Positions 9,007-18,200 of a stretch of 44,429 nucleotides of DNA are shown here, one piece after another (the stretch's first letter is position 1; each line of letters opens with the position of its first letter). Source of the stretch: Chloroflexota bacterium (GTDB lineage Bacteria; Chloroflexota; Limnocylindria; Limnocylindrales; CSP1-4). The notes below the pieces were generated by a model that was given only the letters and a program-made list of their open reading frames with translations, was not told the origin of the DNA and made no database searches. The position numbers and the translations under genes were made by a program. Location: NCBI GenBank assembly GCA_016200675.1, contig JACQEH010000058.1, positions 1 to 44,429 on the forward strand, given 5' to 3'.

Positions 9007-9201
9007 GCCGGCATCGTGACAGTCCGCCACCCGCCGCGGAACAGGGTTCTCCCTGAGGCGCCGCGGCGACGGTCTCGATGTGGTTCGGGTTTACCCCATG
9101 GTGTTCGGGGGGTCAGCCCCGTTCCGATCGGTAGCCCGAAGGACGAGCCTCTTGGTGGCACCGAGGCCCAGATGCGGCCTGGTAGCCAGGGAGGTCTCGA
9201 C

Positions 9202-9669
9202 ATGCGCTTTCGACACATCGGCTCCGGTCTCGCCGCCATCACCCTTGCGCTCGGCGTCTCGGGTACAGCGCTCGCCGGCCAGCCCCAGGTCTACACGTGG
9301 TCGAACTCGGTCGATACGGAGTACTTCGACTGCGGCTCGTTCGTCGCGCACGGCGTCTGGAACGTGAGCCACCGCCTGACATTCTTCCTGGATGCCGGCG
9401 GCACAGCGGTCCGGGACATCGAGGTCATCGAATTCGCCGGCGCCTTCGTCAATCCCGATACGGGCGCATCGATCCCCGACTCCGGCCGGATCACGTTCTT
9501 CGACACGCTCGACGCGAAGGGCGATTATCTGACCACGATGTCGAATGTCGTCCGCCACAACGCCTATCTCCACTCCGCGGGCCGGACCGACTTCCAGACC
9601 GGCGCCTATCACGGCATGGATGCCTTCGACGCGGGCGTCGCCGCTGCCTGCGCCGCCCTTGGCGCCTGA
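9202..9669 (+). CDS. Secreted hypothetical protein (signal peptide)
   Basis: ATG at 9202, preceded by GGGAGG. Signal peptide MRFRHIGSGLAAITLALGVSGTALA. It is the 3' part of track ORF 8932..9669. Confidence 0.6.
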   Translation: MRFRHIGSGLAAITLALGVSGTALAGQPQVYTWSNSVDTEYFDCGSFVAHGVWNVSHRLTFFLDAGGTAVRDIEVIEFAGAFVNPDTGASIPDSGRITFFDTLDAKGDYLTTMSNVVRHNAYLHSAGRTDFQTGAYHGMDAFDAGVAAACAALGA

Positions 9670-9678
9670 ACGTTGACC

Positions 9679-10164
9679 ATGCGACTGCACCCCCGAGGAT
9701 TCGTCCTCGGGGGTCTCGTCCTCGGGGGTCTCGTCCTCGCGGCGCTCGCCCTCGGCGGCTGCGCCGTGAAGGAGACGCGCTCGGCGACCCCGCCGGGAAC
9801 TCCGGCGACATCGCCCGCGGCCTCGAACCCGGGCACCATCCCGGCCGCCCTTCGCGGCACCTACACGGCCGACATCGAGGGGACCACCGCCACGTCCGGA
9901 GTCTGGACGCTGACGATCACCGAAACCGACGTCCTGATCACCAACCCGCACAGCAGCGAGCCGTTCTCGGTCGATCCCCACGAGGTGACCGAGACGCTGA
10001 TGACACTGGTCCCCGCCCAGGATTGCCCCGACCAATCGGTGGTCACGACCGGCCGGTACTCGATCAGCCTCCAGGGTGACAAGCTCACCTTCACCGCCGT
10101 GCAGGACAGCTGCGGAGATCGAAAGGCCGTCCTGTCCACCTCGACCTGGACACGAAAGCCCTGA
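9679..10164 (+). CDS. Putative lipoprotein
   Basis: ATG at 9679; the track start at 9673 is a TTG. Signal plus lipobox: MRLHPRGFVLGGLVLGGLVLAALALGGC. The mature part is Thr/Ser-rich. Confidence 0.65.
   Translation: MRLHPRGFVLGGLVLGGLVLAALALGGCAVKETRSATPPGTPATSPAASNPGTIPAALRGTYTADIEGTTATSGVWTLTITETDVLITNPHSSEPFSVDPHEVTETLMTLVPAQDCPDQSVVTTGRYSISLQGDKLTFTAVQDSCGDRKAVLSTSTWTRKP
9701..9739. repeat. 15-bp in-frame tandem repeat (TCGTCCTCGGGGGTC x 2.6) inside the lipoprotein signal peptide
   Basis: Read directly. It encodes the duplicated VLGGL. Together with 9690-9699 it can form alternative 10-bp hairpins. Confidence 0.85.
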
Positions 10165-10380
10165 CGACCGCAGCGGCGCTCGCGCCGTCGCCCGGTGCCG
10201 GGGGTCGGCGCGCGGTGCGCCGTGTCCACGTCGATTGGGCCGGCCGCTGGCGGAGTGGCGGGCTCGGGGTATCCTCTGCCCTCAGAGCGGGAGCGGGCCT
10301 CGTCCGGCGCCCGCTACCGGCTGACGTGATGGCAGCGCCCACCAGGGGCCGCGCTCAGGCGCGGGGGAGGTTCTCGGCAG

Positions 10381-12249
10381 ATGTCGCTGCTGCAGCGGGT
10401 CGAGAAGGCCCAACGCGGAGCCAACGCCGCTGATCCAGCGGCCGAGGCCACGGTCGACGCCGTCGGCGAAGCCGTCCAGGCGCCGCCGGAGACGCCCCCG
10501 ACCCCCGTCTCGCCGGTCGTCCCGAAGGTCGCCCGGACGCCGGCCCGCGAAGCACTCCTGGCCCAGATTCGCGAGGCGGTCCAGGTCGAGGTGATCGGCT
10601 CGTTCCAGTCGCTCCTCGAGGCCACCGACCCGGCCGAGGTCCGCACGGCGATCACCGGGATGATCGACCGGACGATCGCCAAGAACACCTTCGCCGTGAC
10701 GCGCGAGGAGCGCCTGAGCGTCATCGACGACGTCGTCCACGAGGTGACCGGCCTCGGCCCGCTCGAGCCGCTCCTGGCCGACCCGACCATCACCGAGGTC
10801 ATGGTCAACGGCCCCAACAACATCTTCATCGAGCGTGGCGGCAAGATCCAGCGGGTCCCGGTCACCTTCGTCAACGACGAGCACGTCCACCGGATCATCG
10901 ATCGGATCATCGCCCCGCTCGGCCGGCGCATCGACGAATCCAGCCCGCGCGTCGACGCCCGCCTGCCGGATGGCTCCCGCGTGAACGCGATCATCGCCCC
11001 GCTGTCCCTCATCGGCCCGGTCATCACCATCCGGAAGTTCGCCGCCAAGCCCTTCACGGTGCAGGACCTCATCGGCTTCGGGACGGCCTCGCCCCAGATG
11101 TTCGACTTCCTTCGCCACTGCGTCTGGGCCCGCCTCAACGTCTTCGTCTCGGGCGGCACCGGCTCGGGCAAGACGACGTTCCTGAACGTCCTGTCGTCGT
11201 TCATCCCGCCCGACGAGCGGATCGTGACCGTTGAGGACGCCGCCGAGCTGCAGCTCCGCCAGGAGCACGTGATCACGCTCGAAGCCCGGCCGGCGAACGC
11301 CGAGGGCACCGGCGAGGTCACGATCCGGGATCTCCTGAAGAACGCGATGCACATGCGACCCGACCGGATCATCGTCGGCGAATGCCGCTCGGCCGAGGCC
11401 CTCGACATGATCCAGGCGATGATGACGGGCCACGACGGCTCGCTCTCGACCGGCCACGCCAACACGACCCGGGACATGCTCCGCCGCCTCGAGACGATGA
11501 TCCTGATGACCGGCTACGAGCTCCCCCTGCGAGCGATCCGCGAGCAGATCGCCGCCGCGGTCGACGTCATCGTCCACACCGCCCGCCTCAAGGACGGCTC
11601 CCGCAAGATCGTCAACATCACCGAGGTCTACGGGATCGAGGACGACGAGATCCTGACCCAGGACATCTTCGTCTTCGAGCAGACGGGGGTGGGCGAGGAC
11701 GGCAAGGCCATCGGCGAGCTGCGCCCGACCGGCATCCGGCCGACCTTCATGGGCGTCTTCAAGGCAGCCGGCATCGAGCTGCCGGAGGGCGAGTTCGGGA
11801 TCCCGCCGCAGGACCCGACCAAGCCCGTGCCGCGGGGCAAGAGCCGCTGGTCCATCGGCGCCTCCGACGAGGCGGCGGAGAACGCGGCCGAGGCCCGGCG
11901 TGCCGTCGTCGGGCGCGGCCGGTCGGTCACGGCCGGCGGCATGGTCTACGTCTCCTCGGTCGGTCCCGTGGATCCCGACACCGGCCTCGTCGTCCGGGGC
12001 GACACGCGCGAGCACACCCGCCAGTGCATGCAGAACGTCAAGGCCCGCCTGGAGGCCGCCGGCAGCTCCCTCGACAAGGTGGTCTGGGCCAACTGGTGTC
12101 TGCGCGAGCCGGGCGAGTTCGACACCTTCAACGAGGAGTGGCTGCGCTGGTTCCCCGGTGACGTGCCCCTGGGCCAGGAGACGATGATGCCGCCGTCGCA
12201 TCGCCGGGCCGGCTTCCGCGTCTCGCTCGGGGTGATCGCCGAGGCGTAG
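10381..12249 (+). CDS. cpaF: CpaF/TadA-type secretion ATPase fused to a C-terminal RidA (YjgF/L-PSP) domain
   Basis: ATG preceded by GGGGGAGG. CpaF motifs: LGPLEPLLADPTITEVMVNG, Walker A SGGTGSGKTT, IVTVEDAAEL, IIVGECRSAEALDMIQAMMTGHDGSLSTGHAN. The last ~110 aa (GGMVYVSSVGPVDPDTGLVVRGDTREHTRQCMQNVKARLEAAGSSLDKVV...RVSLGVIAEA) are RidA-like. The reading frame is continuous. Confidence 0.85.
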   Translation: MSLLQRVEKAQRGANAADPAAEATVDAVGEAVQAPPETPPTPVSPVVPKVARTPAREALLAQIREAVQVEVIGSFQSLLEATDPAEVRTAITGMIDRTIAKNTFAVTREERLSVIDDVVHEVTGLGPLEPLLADPTITEVMVNGPNNIFIERGGKIQRVPVTFVNDEHVHRIIDRIIAPLGRRIDESSPRVDARLPDGSRVNAIIAPLSLIGPVITIRKFAAKPFTVQDLIGFGTASPQMFDFLRHCVWARLNVFVSGGTGSGKTTFLNVLSSFIPPDERIVTVEDAAELQLRQEHVITLEARPANAEGTGEVTIRDLLKNAMHMRPDRIIVGECRSAEALDMIQAMMTGHDGSLSTGHANTTRDMLRRLETMILMTGYELPLRAIREQIAAAVDVIVHTARLKDGSRKIVNITEVYGIEDDEILTQDIFVFEQTGVGEDGKAIGELRPTGIRPTFMGVFKAAGIELPEGEFGIPPQDPTKPVPRGKSRWSIGASDEAAENAAEARRAVVGRGRSVTAGGMVYVSSVGPVDPDTGLVVRGDTREHTRQCMQNVKARLEAAGSSLDKVVWANWCLREPGEFDTFNEEWLRWFPGDVPLGQETMMPPSHRRAGFRVSLGVIAEA

Positions 12250-12265
12250 TCGATACACTGCGCCG

Positions 12266-13858
12266 ATGGCCAGCCGGACAATCACGATTGGCGGCACCAG
12301 CTACCCGGTGGTCCTGCCAAGCCTCCGCGATCCGCGCCTGCATGTGGCGGCGGTCATCATCACGATCCACGTCCTGGGGCAGGTCGGGCTCGGCTTCCGG
12401 GTGAGCGTGCCTCAGATCCTGGCCGCGATCCTGACCTGCGCGATCATCGAGATGGTCCTGACCTTCCGGACCAGCCGGGCCTTCGTCTGGCCGGCCAGCG
12501 CGATGCTGACGGGCAGCGGTGTGGCCCTCATCCTGCGCGTCGTCGGGACCCCGATCGGCGATCACTGGACCCTCTACGCCTGGTACGCCTACGCCGGAAT
12601 CGCCGGGCTCTCGCTGCTCTCGAAGTACGTCATCCGCTACCGCGGGTCGCACGTCTTCAACCCCTCGAACATCGGCCTCGTCGCGGCCTTCGTGGTCCTC
12701 GGCAGTGGGCGGGTGGAGCCCCTCGACTTCTGGTGGTCCCGGCTCGACGGCTGGATGCTCGCCGCGTATGCCGTGATCATCGTCGGCGGGCTCCTCATCA
12801 CCCGTCGCCTCCACCTCCTGGCCCTCGGCGCGGCGTTCTGGCTGACGCTCGCGGCCGGCGTCGGCGTCCTCGCCGGGTCGGGCCACTGCATGACCGCGAA
12901 CTGGGCCTTCGCGCCGGTCTGCGGCGCCGACTTCTGGCGGGTGATCGTGACCTCGCCCGAGGTCCTGATCTTCCTCTTCTTCATGATCACCGACCCCAAG
13001 ACCACGCCGGGCGGCCAGGTCGGGCGGGTCGCCTTCGGGGTCCTCGTCGGGATCGTCAGCACGCTCCTGATGGCGCCCCAGACCAACGAGTTCGGGACGA
13101 AGGTCGGCCTGCTCGCCGGCCTGGTCGTCGTGTGCGCGGCGCGACCGATCATCGACCGCCTGGTCCCCGAGCCACGCTCGGCCGCCGATCAGCTCGGCGC
13201 CTTTGCGACGCGTCTGGTGACGGGCGGGGCGCCGGGTGGGGGCGTCGTGCGCCCGGCCGCTCGGGCGATTGCCTTGGCCGTCGCCGTGCTCGGTGTCGGA
13301 ACCGGGATCGTCCTCGCCGGCACGCCGGCGCGGGGCCTGGTGCTGCCTGACGTGGCCGAGGTCCTGAACCGCGTGCCACGCCACGTCGATCCGGCGACGT
13401 TCCCGACGATCACCGTCCGCCAGGACGTCACGGATTTCGACCCGTCGATGGCCGGCGCTGGGGCACAGGAGCTGCTGCTCACCCTCGCCGAGAACCTCGA
13501 GCTCGAGAACCAGGCCCTCCTGCGCAAGGACGACTCGATCCTCGTGGCGGTCGATCACGGCGATCGCCTGGTCGAGATGCAGGGACGCCTCGCCGCAACG
13601 CGAGCGAGCGGCAGCACCAGGATCACCCGGTACCAGATCGCGGCGGCCACCCTGGCCCTGCTCGTGCCGTTCGGGCGCCAGGACGGCCTGAGCCTCGGCT
13701 TCGACGCACGGGGCACGATGGTCGAGGACACCTACGACGCGGCCGGGACCGTGACCGCCCGTGACTCGAAGCCGTTCGCCCTGACCTTCGTCGTCCGCCG
13801 GGCGACCGGCGGACGCTGGCTCAACGTGGCCGTCCTGCCGGCGGGTTCGGGGACCTGA
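12266..13858 (+). CDS. Polytopic membrane protein of the RnfD/NqrB-like family with a ~190-aa soluble C-terminal extension
   Basis: ATG 17 nt after the cpaF-ridA stop. It has about 8-9 hydrophobic segments. Family-like motifs: RGSHVFNPSNIGLV and FLFFMITDPKTTP. I do not recognise the C-terminal domain. Confidence 0.7.
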   Translation: MASRTITIGGTSYPVVLPSLRDPRLHVAAVIITIHVLGQVGLGFRVSVPQILAAILTCAIIEMVLTFRTSRAFVWPASAMLTGSGVALILRVVGTPIGDHWTLYAWYAYAGIAGLSLLSKYVIRYRGSHVFNPSNIGLVAAFVVLGSGRVEPLDFWWSRLDGWMLAAYAVIIVGGLLITRRLHLLALGAAFWLTLAAGVGVLAGSGHCMTANWAFAPVCGADFWRVIVTSPEVLIFLFFMITDPKTTPGGQVGRVAFGVLVGIVSTLLMAPQTNEFGTKVGLLAGLVVVCAARPIIDRLVPEPRSAADQLGAFATRLVTGGAPGGGVVRPAARAIALAVAVLGVGTGIVLAGTPARGLVLPDVAEVLNRVPRHVDPATFPTITVRQDVTDFDPSMAGAGAQELLLTLAENLELENQALLRKDDSILVAVDHGDRLVEMQGRLAATRASGSTRITRYQIAAATLALLVPFGRQDGLSLGFDARGTMVEDTYDAAGTVTARDSKPFALTFVVRRATGGRWLNVAVLPAGSGT

Positions 13859-13913
13859 TCACGGCTGCGGCATACTCTCGATGACAACCTGACGGACCGG
13901 GGAGACGCGGCTG

Positions 13914-14531
13914 ATGGCACGGGACGACGAGCGACTGGCACGAGCCCAGGAGGCGCCGATCATGGGCGGCCTGCCCGATGCGCCCGGGATCAACGTCGCG
14001 ATGCGGCTCACGCCGGGGCTCGGCGTCCACCTCCGCGGACTTGCCGACGAGCTGCTCGTCAAGGACTTCCCTGGGGCCACCATCGAGCGGGCCGACCGCG
14101 AGATGCTGGCGACCGCGGTCTCCGCCGCCAACGACTGCTTCTTCTGCATGGATTCCCACGGTGCCTTCGCGACCGCCCTCCTCGAGCAGACGGGCGCGAC
14201 CGAGCGGACGGCCCTCATCGACAGCGTCAAGGTCGGCTCGTCCGACGGCTTCGACGCCAAGATGCGGGCCCTCCTCCACATCGCCCGCACCGTCCGGCGC
14301 AACGGGCGCGACGTCACGACCGCGGACATCGCCGCGGCCCACGCGGCGGGGGCCAGCGAGGCCGACGTCCAGCTGGCGGTCCTCATCGCCGCCGCCTTCT
14401 CGATGTACAACCGGATGGTCGACGGCTTCCGGGCCCGGACCATGCCGAGCCCCGAGGCCTACCGCGCCCGCGCCGGCGAAATCGCGGCCAACGGCTACAG
14501 CGTTCCGCCGGTGCCATCGGCTCCGCGGTAG
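13914..14531 (+). CDS. AhpD-like / carboxymuconolactone decarboxylase-family peroxidase-related protein
   Basis: ATG preceded by GGGGAG. Motif ERADREMLATAVSAANDCFFCMDSHGAF (the CxxC of the AhpD fold) and later AFSMYNRMVDG. Confidence 0.8.
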   Translation: MARDDERLARAQEAPIMGGLPDAPGINVAMRLTPGLGVHLRGLADELLVKDFPGATIERADREMLATAVSAANDCFFCMDSHGAFATALLEQTGATERTALIDSVKVGSSDGFDAKMRALLHIARTVRRNGRDVTTADIAAAHAAGASEADVQLAVLIAAAFSMYNRMVDGFRARTMPSPEAYRARAGEIAANGYSVPPVPSAPR

Positions 14532-14559
14532 ACCGGCCCCGCCTCGCGGCACCCTTCGA

Positions 14560-15294
14560 TCAGCGCCAGTCGACGTTCACGACCTCAATCGGTTCGGAGA
14601 GGCCCTTGAGCGTTGCGCTCCGCGGGTTCGACGTCCGGGTCGACTCCCCGACCGTCGCGACGCTGGCGACGATCTCGCCGGCGCCGCCGAGGGCGGCGAT
14701 GCGGGCGGCCTCGTGGACGCCCTTGCCGTGGAAGTCGCCGCCGACCCGGGTCGCATCGGAGGCGTGGAGGCCGATCCGGACCTGGGGCGCAAAGCCCTGG
14801 GTCGCGCGCTGCTCGGCGAGCCGGCGCTGGATCGCGATCGCGGCCGCGACGGCGAGGTCGGGCGAGTCGAAGCTCACGAAGAAGCCGTCGCCCGTCGTCG
14901 AGATCTCCTCGCCGCCCTGGGCCGTGAACACCTCGCGCAGGGCCGCGTTGTGCCAGCGCAGCATCGCCTCCCAGGCCTCGTCGCCGAGCACTTCGACGAG
15001 GTTCGTCGAGCCCACGATGTCCGTGAACATGAAGGTCTTGAGGACCCGGCGGGCGGGGCCCGTCTTGCCGCGCAGCTGCCACGGCAGGAGCTCGGAGACA
15101 TCCTCCAGGATGATCGCGGCGGTCGGGCAGGAGAAGGCCGCCGCTCGCAGGATCTCCTCGTCCACGCTGTCGGGACCCACGACATCGCTCTTGCCGAAGT
15201 CGCCGGCCAGCCAGTCGAACGCTGTCGGGGCCAGGGTGATGCAGTTGCCCGCGCCGATGCACTTGTGGCGGTCGACCCGCGCCCGGATGGCCAT
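14560..15294 (-). CDS. Ferredoxin (3-Cys, [3Fe-4S]-type) fused to a class III adenylate/guanylate cyclase domain
   Basis: ATG at 15294, sharing 1 nt with the TGA of the upstream STAND-LuxR gene. N-terminus: VDRHKCIGAGNC...FSCPTAAI (CxxAxxC...CP). Cyclase motifs: KTFMFTDIVGST, ISTTGDGFFVSF, RIGLHASD, GKGVHEAARIA. The rest of track ORF 14560..15861 is shadow. Confidence 0.85.
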   Translation of the reverse strand: MAIRARVDRHKCIGAGNCITLAPTAFDWLAGDFGKSDVVGPDSVDEEILRAAAFSCPTAAIILEDVSELLPWQLRGKTGPARRVLKTFMFTDIVGSTNLVEVLGDEAWEAMLRWHNAALREVFTAQGGEEISTTGDGFFVSFDSPDLAVAAAIAIQRRLAEQRATQGFAPQVRIGLHASDATRVGGDFHGKGVHEAARIAALGGAGEIVASVATVGESTRTSNPRSATLKGLSEPIEVVNVDWR

Positions 15295-18200
15295 CAGCGG
15301 GAACCAACCGCGGCCAGCCCGCGGAACGCCAGCGAGGTCGCTTCGGCACGGGTGGCGGTTCCCAGCCGGGCGAAGAGCCGCGCCAGGCGGGCCACCACCT
15401 CGCCCTCGGCGAGCTCGAGGTCGGCGGCGATCTGGGCGTTGGTCCGGCCCTCCGTCAGGAGCTGCAACAGCTGCCGTTCGGCCTCGTCCAGGCTTGGCTG
15501 GCCAGCGGGCCCCGACGCCCCCGCCGCCGATGTCGCCGGCGCATCCAGGCGACCCGCGAGCTCGACGAGCTGGCGCCCGACGGGGCCGGTCAACCAGGCG
15601 ACGCGGACCTTCTCGTCGGCCGTCCCCTGCGCGATTCGGGCCAGTGTCTGCTGGAGATATCCGCGCACGAACTCCTGCATCTCGGGCGGCCCGTCGGCGA
15701 GCACCGCCCGAGCCGCGGGGAGCACGATCTCGAGGCTCACGTCCTCGTGGAGCGCGGCCTGGAGCGCCTCGAAGGCCGCGCCGCCGGCCATGACCGCAGT
15801 CCCCAGATCGCCTCGCGCATACGCGACCGCGGAAAGCGCGGCGTCGACCTGGGCACCCCATGGCGCATGCCCGGGAAGGAGCGGCAGGAGCTCCTTCACC
15901 TGGGCGGCGGTGCGCTCGACGAGCTCCGTGAGCGCCGGATCCGGGGGGTTCGGCGCGGGGCGCGCGGCGACGAGCCCAGCAGCCTCGGTGGCGAGGCGGG
16001 CAAGGGCCTCGCAGCGCGCGGACGTCCGTCCGCTGTCCGTGGCCATCGCGATCGCCTTCTCGAGGTGCTCGCGCATGCCAGTGGCGTCGCCGGCGCCCGC
16101 CCGGACCATGCCCCGCCAGGTCTCGAGCTGGATCGAGCGGCTCCGGGACGGCGACATGGCGGCGGCGGCGGCGGCCAGGCTGACCCAGCGCTCGGCGGCG
16201 CCGAGGTCGCCGAGCTCGAGCGAGGCCAGCGCGACGCCGCCGGCGGCCAGGAACTCGATCGCCCGATCCCCCTGGAGCCGGGCAGCCCGGTAGGCGTCCT
16301 CGCCCCGGGACAGGGCCGCGTCGGGGACGATCTTGGCCCGGGCCCAGACGTGAACCCCGAACAGCATCTGGAGGTCGAGGCGGGCCCGCTCGCTCTCCGT
16401 GACGAGCTCCGTCAGGTGGCTCGTGACCCGCCGGATCTCCTCGAGGTGACGGACCGAGGACGCGAAGTGGATGGCCGCCCCGTAGCGCGCGTAGGCCATG
16501 GCGATGACGGTCGACATGACGCCGGTCCGGTCGCCGAGGCGCTCGAAGATACCCAGGGCGCGTTCGAGGACCTGGGTCGATTCGATGAACAGCGGGGCGA
16601 CCGGCGACGCGAGGATCATGTCCTCGACGCTGACGCCCGAGGCCAGCATCGCCAGCAGGTCCGCCGCCCGGCCCGCCCGGACCTCGCCGGACAGCCAGCT
16701 GCGGCCCTTCGCGAAGTCGATCGTCCCGATCTCGCGGAGGGCGGCCGCGAGGCTGTGATCGTCGTGCAGCTGCTCCGCCAGGGCGATGGCCCGCCGATAC
16801 GCCTCATCAGCGCCATCGATGTCCATCTCGATGGCGGCCCCGCCGAAGGATTCGCCGAGCGGGCTCCGGAGGAGTGCCTGGCCGAGCTCGAGCGACGCCC
16901 GCAGCTCGAGCGCCGCATCGCCGCGCTCCGCGGCGCGGACACGGACGCGACGGGCCAGCTCCGCGGCGGCTTCCTCGTCATGGCTGATCCGGAGCGCCGA
17001 GGCGCGGCGCAGCTGGACATCCAGCTCGATCGCGGGATCCCGCATCGCCTCCGCGAGCGCCGCCAGCTCCGTCAGGCCATCGAGCCGCTCGGCGGTCCGC
17101 CGAAGGACGGCGTAGGCGTCATCGCGCGTCGCGAGCAGCACCCGCCGATCGGCGGGGGACGAGACGACGGGCAGCGCCTGCTCGACGAGCCGGAGCGCCT
17201 CCTCCGGGGCATTGGAGGCCAGGGCCGCCGTGGCCGCGTCGATCGAGAAGCGCGCCGCACGGCCGGTGTCGCCGGCAGCGAGTGCGTGCTGGGCGAGCAT
17301 CGGCAGGCCGGCCGGGGCTGGGTCGCCGCCCTCGAGCAGGAGGTCGACGACCGCCGCATGGACCTGCCGGCGGCGGGCGGCGGAGAGCTGGCCGGCCGCG
17401 AACTGGCGGACCTGCTCGTGGGTGAAGGTGTAGTCGGCCGGCTCACCATGGGCCTGGGACAGGAGCAGCCCCGCCCGGACCGCGGGCGCAAGATCGACGG
17501 CAAGCTGGTCGACCCCGTCGTCGAGGCCCGTCGGCGCTCCTTCGCCTGCCACGCCCGGCCCCGCGGGCCCCGCCGGCGCCGCCGCTGTCGGTCCCACGTC
17601 GCCCTCGCCGATGCGTGCCCGGATCGCCCGGAGGTCGCGCAGGCTGAAGCTCCGGCCGAGGATCGCGGCATCGCCGAGGACCGCCCGGGTCCGAGCCGGG
17701 AATCGCGCGGCGCGGCGATCGATGAGCGTCCGGACCGCGGACGGCACGAGCCTCGCGGCGTTCCGCCCGAGCCGCCACTCCCCGTCGACCTGCTGGAGCG
17801 TGCCAGCCTCGCGGTGCGTCCGGGCCAGCTCTTCCACGATGAAGGGCACGCCCTCGGATTGGACGTGCATCGCGGCCGCCGAGACAGGGTCGCACGGCCC
17901 GCCCAGGACCCGCTTCAGGAGCTCGGCCGTCTCGACCGAGCTGAAGCGTCCCGGCCGGAGCCGCCGGACGAGGCCCATGCGCTCCATGTCGGCGACGAAG
18001 TTCACCGCCTCGGTGACCGTCGCGAACTCGTCCGGCCGGATCGTCAGGAAGAGGAAGATTGGCCGGTCGGCGTCGCTCCGGACCATGTAGCGAAGCAGCC
18101 TCAGGGTGTCGTCGTCGGCCCACTGGACGTCGTCGATGAGGATCGCGAGCGGTCTGACCTCCGCCAGCGCCGCGACGGCGATGCCGGCGAGGTCGAAGGC

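Noticed and set aside
7134-9242. Treating the 702-aa ORF 7134..9242 as one intact kinase gene
   Set aside because: Its first ~400 residues are Arg/Pro-rich shadow overlapping the receiver gene in another frame. The genuine membrane sensor region is encoded in a different frame (8644-7990).
4800-9739. CRISPR array check on the tandem repeats (8-mer array at 4800-4883; 15-mer at 9701-9739)
   Set aside because: The units are directly adjacent with no spacers and are far shorter than CRISPR repeats. No cas genes are present in the window.
10282-13558. Minus-strand ORFs 10282..12297 (671 aa), 10314..11477 and 12128..13558 (476 aa)
   Set aside because: They lie antisense to the CpaF-RidA and RnfD-like genes. 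Composition is dominated by Asp/Arg/Gly/Pro runs, and there are no family signatures.
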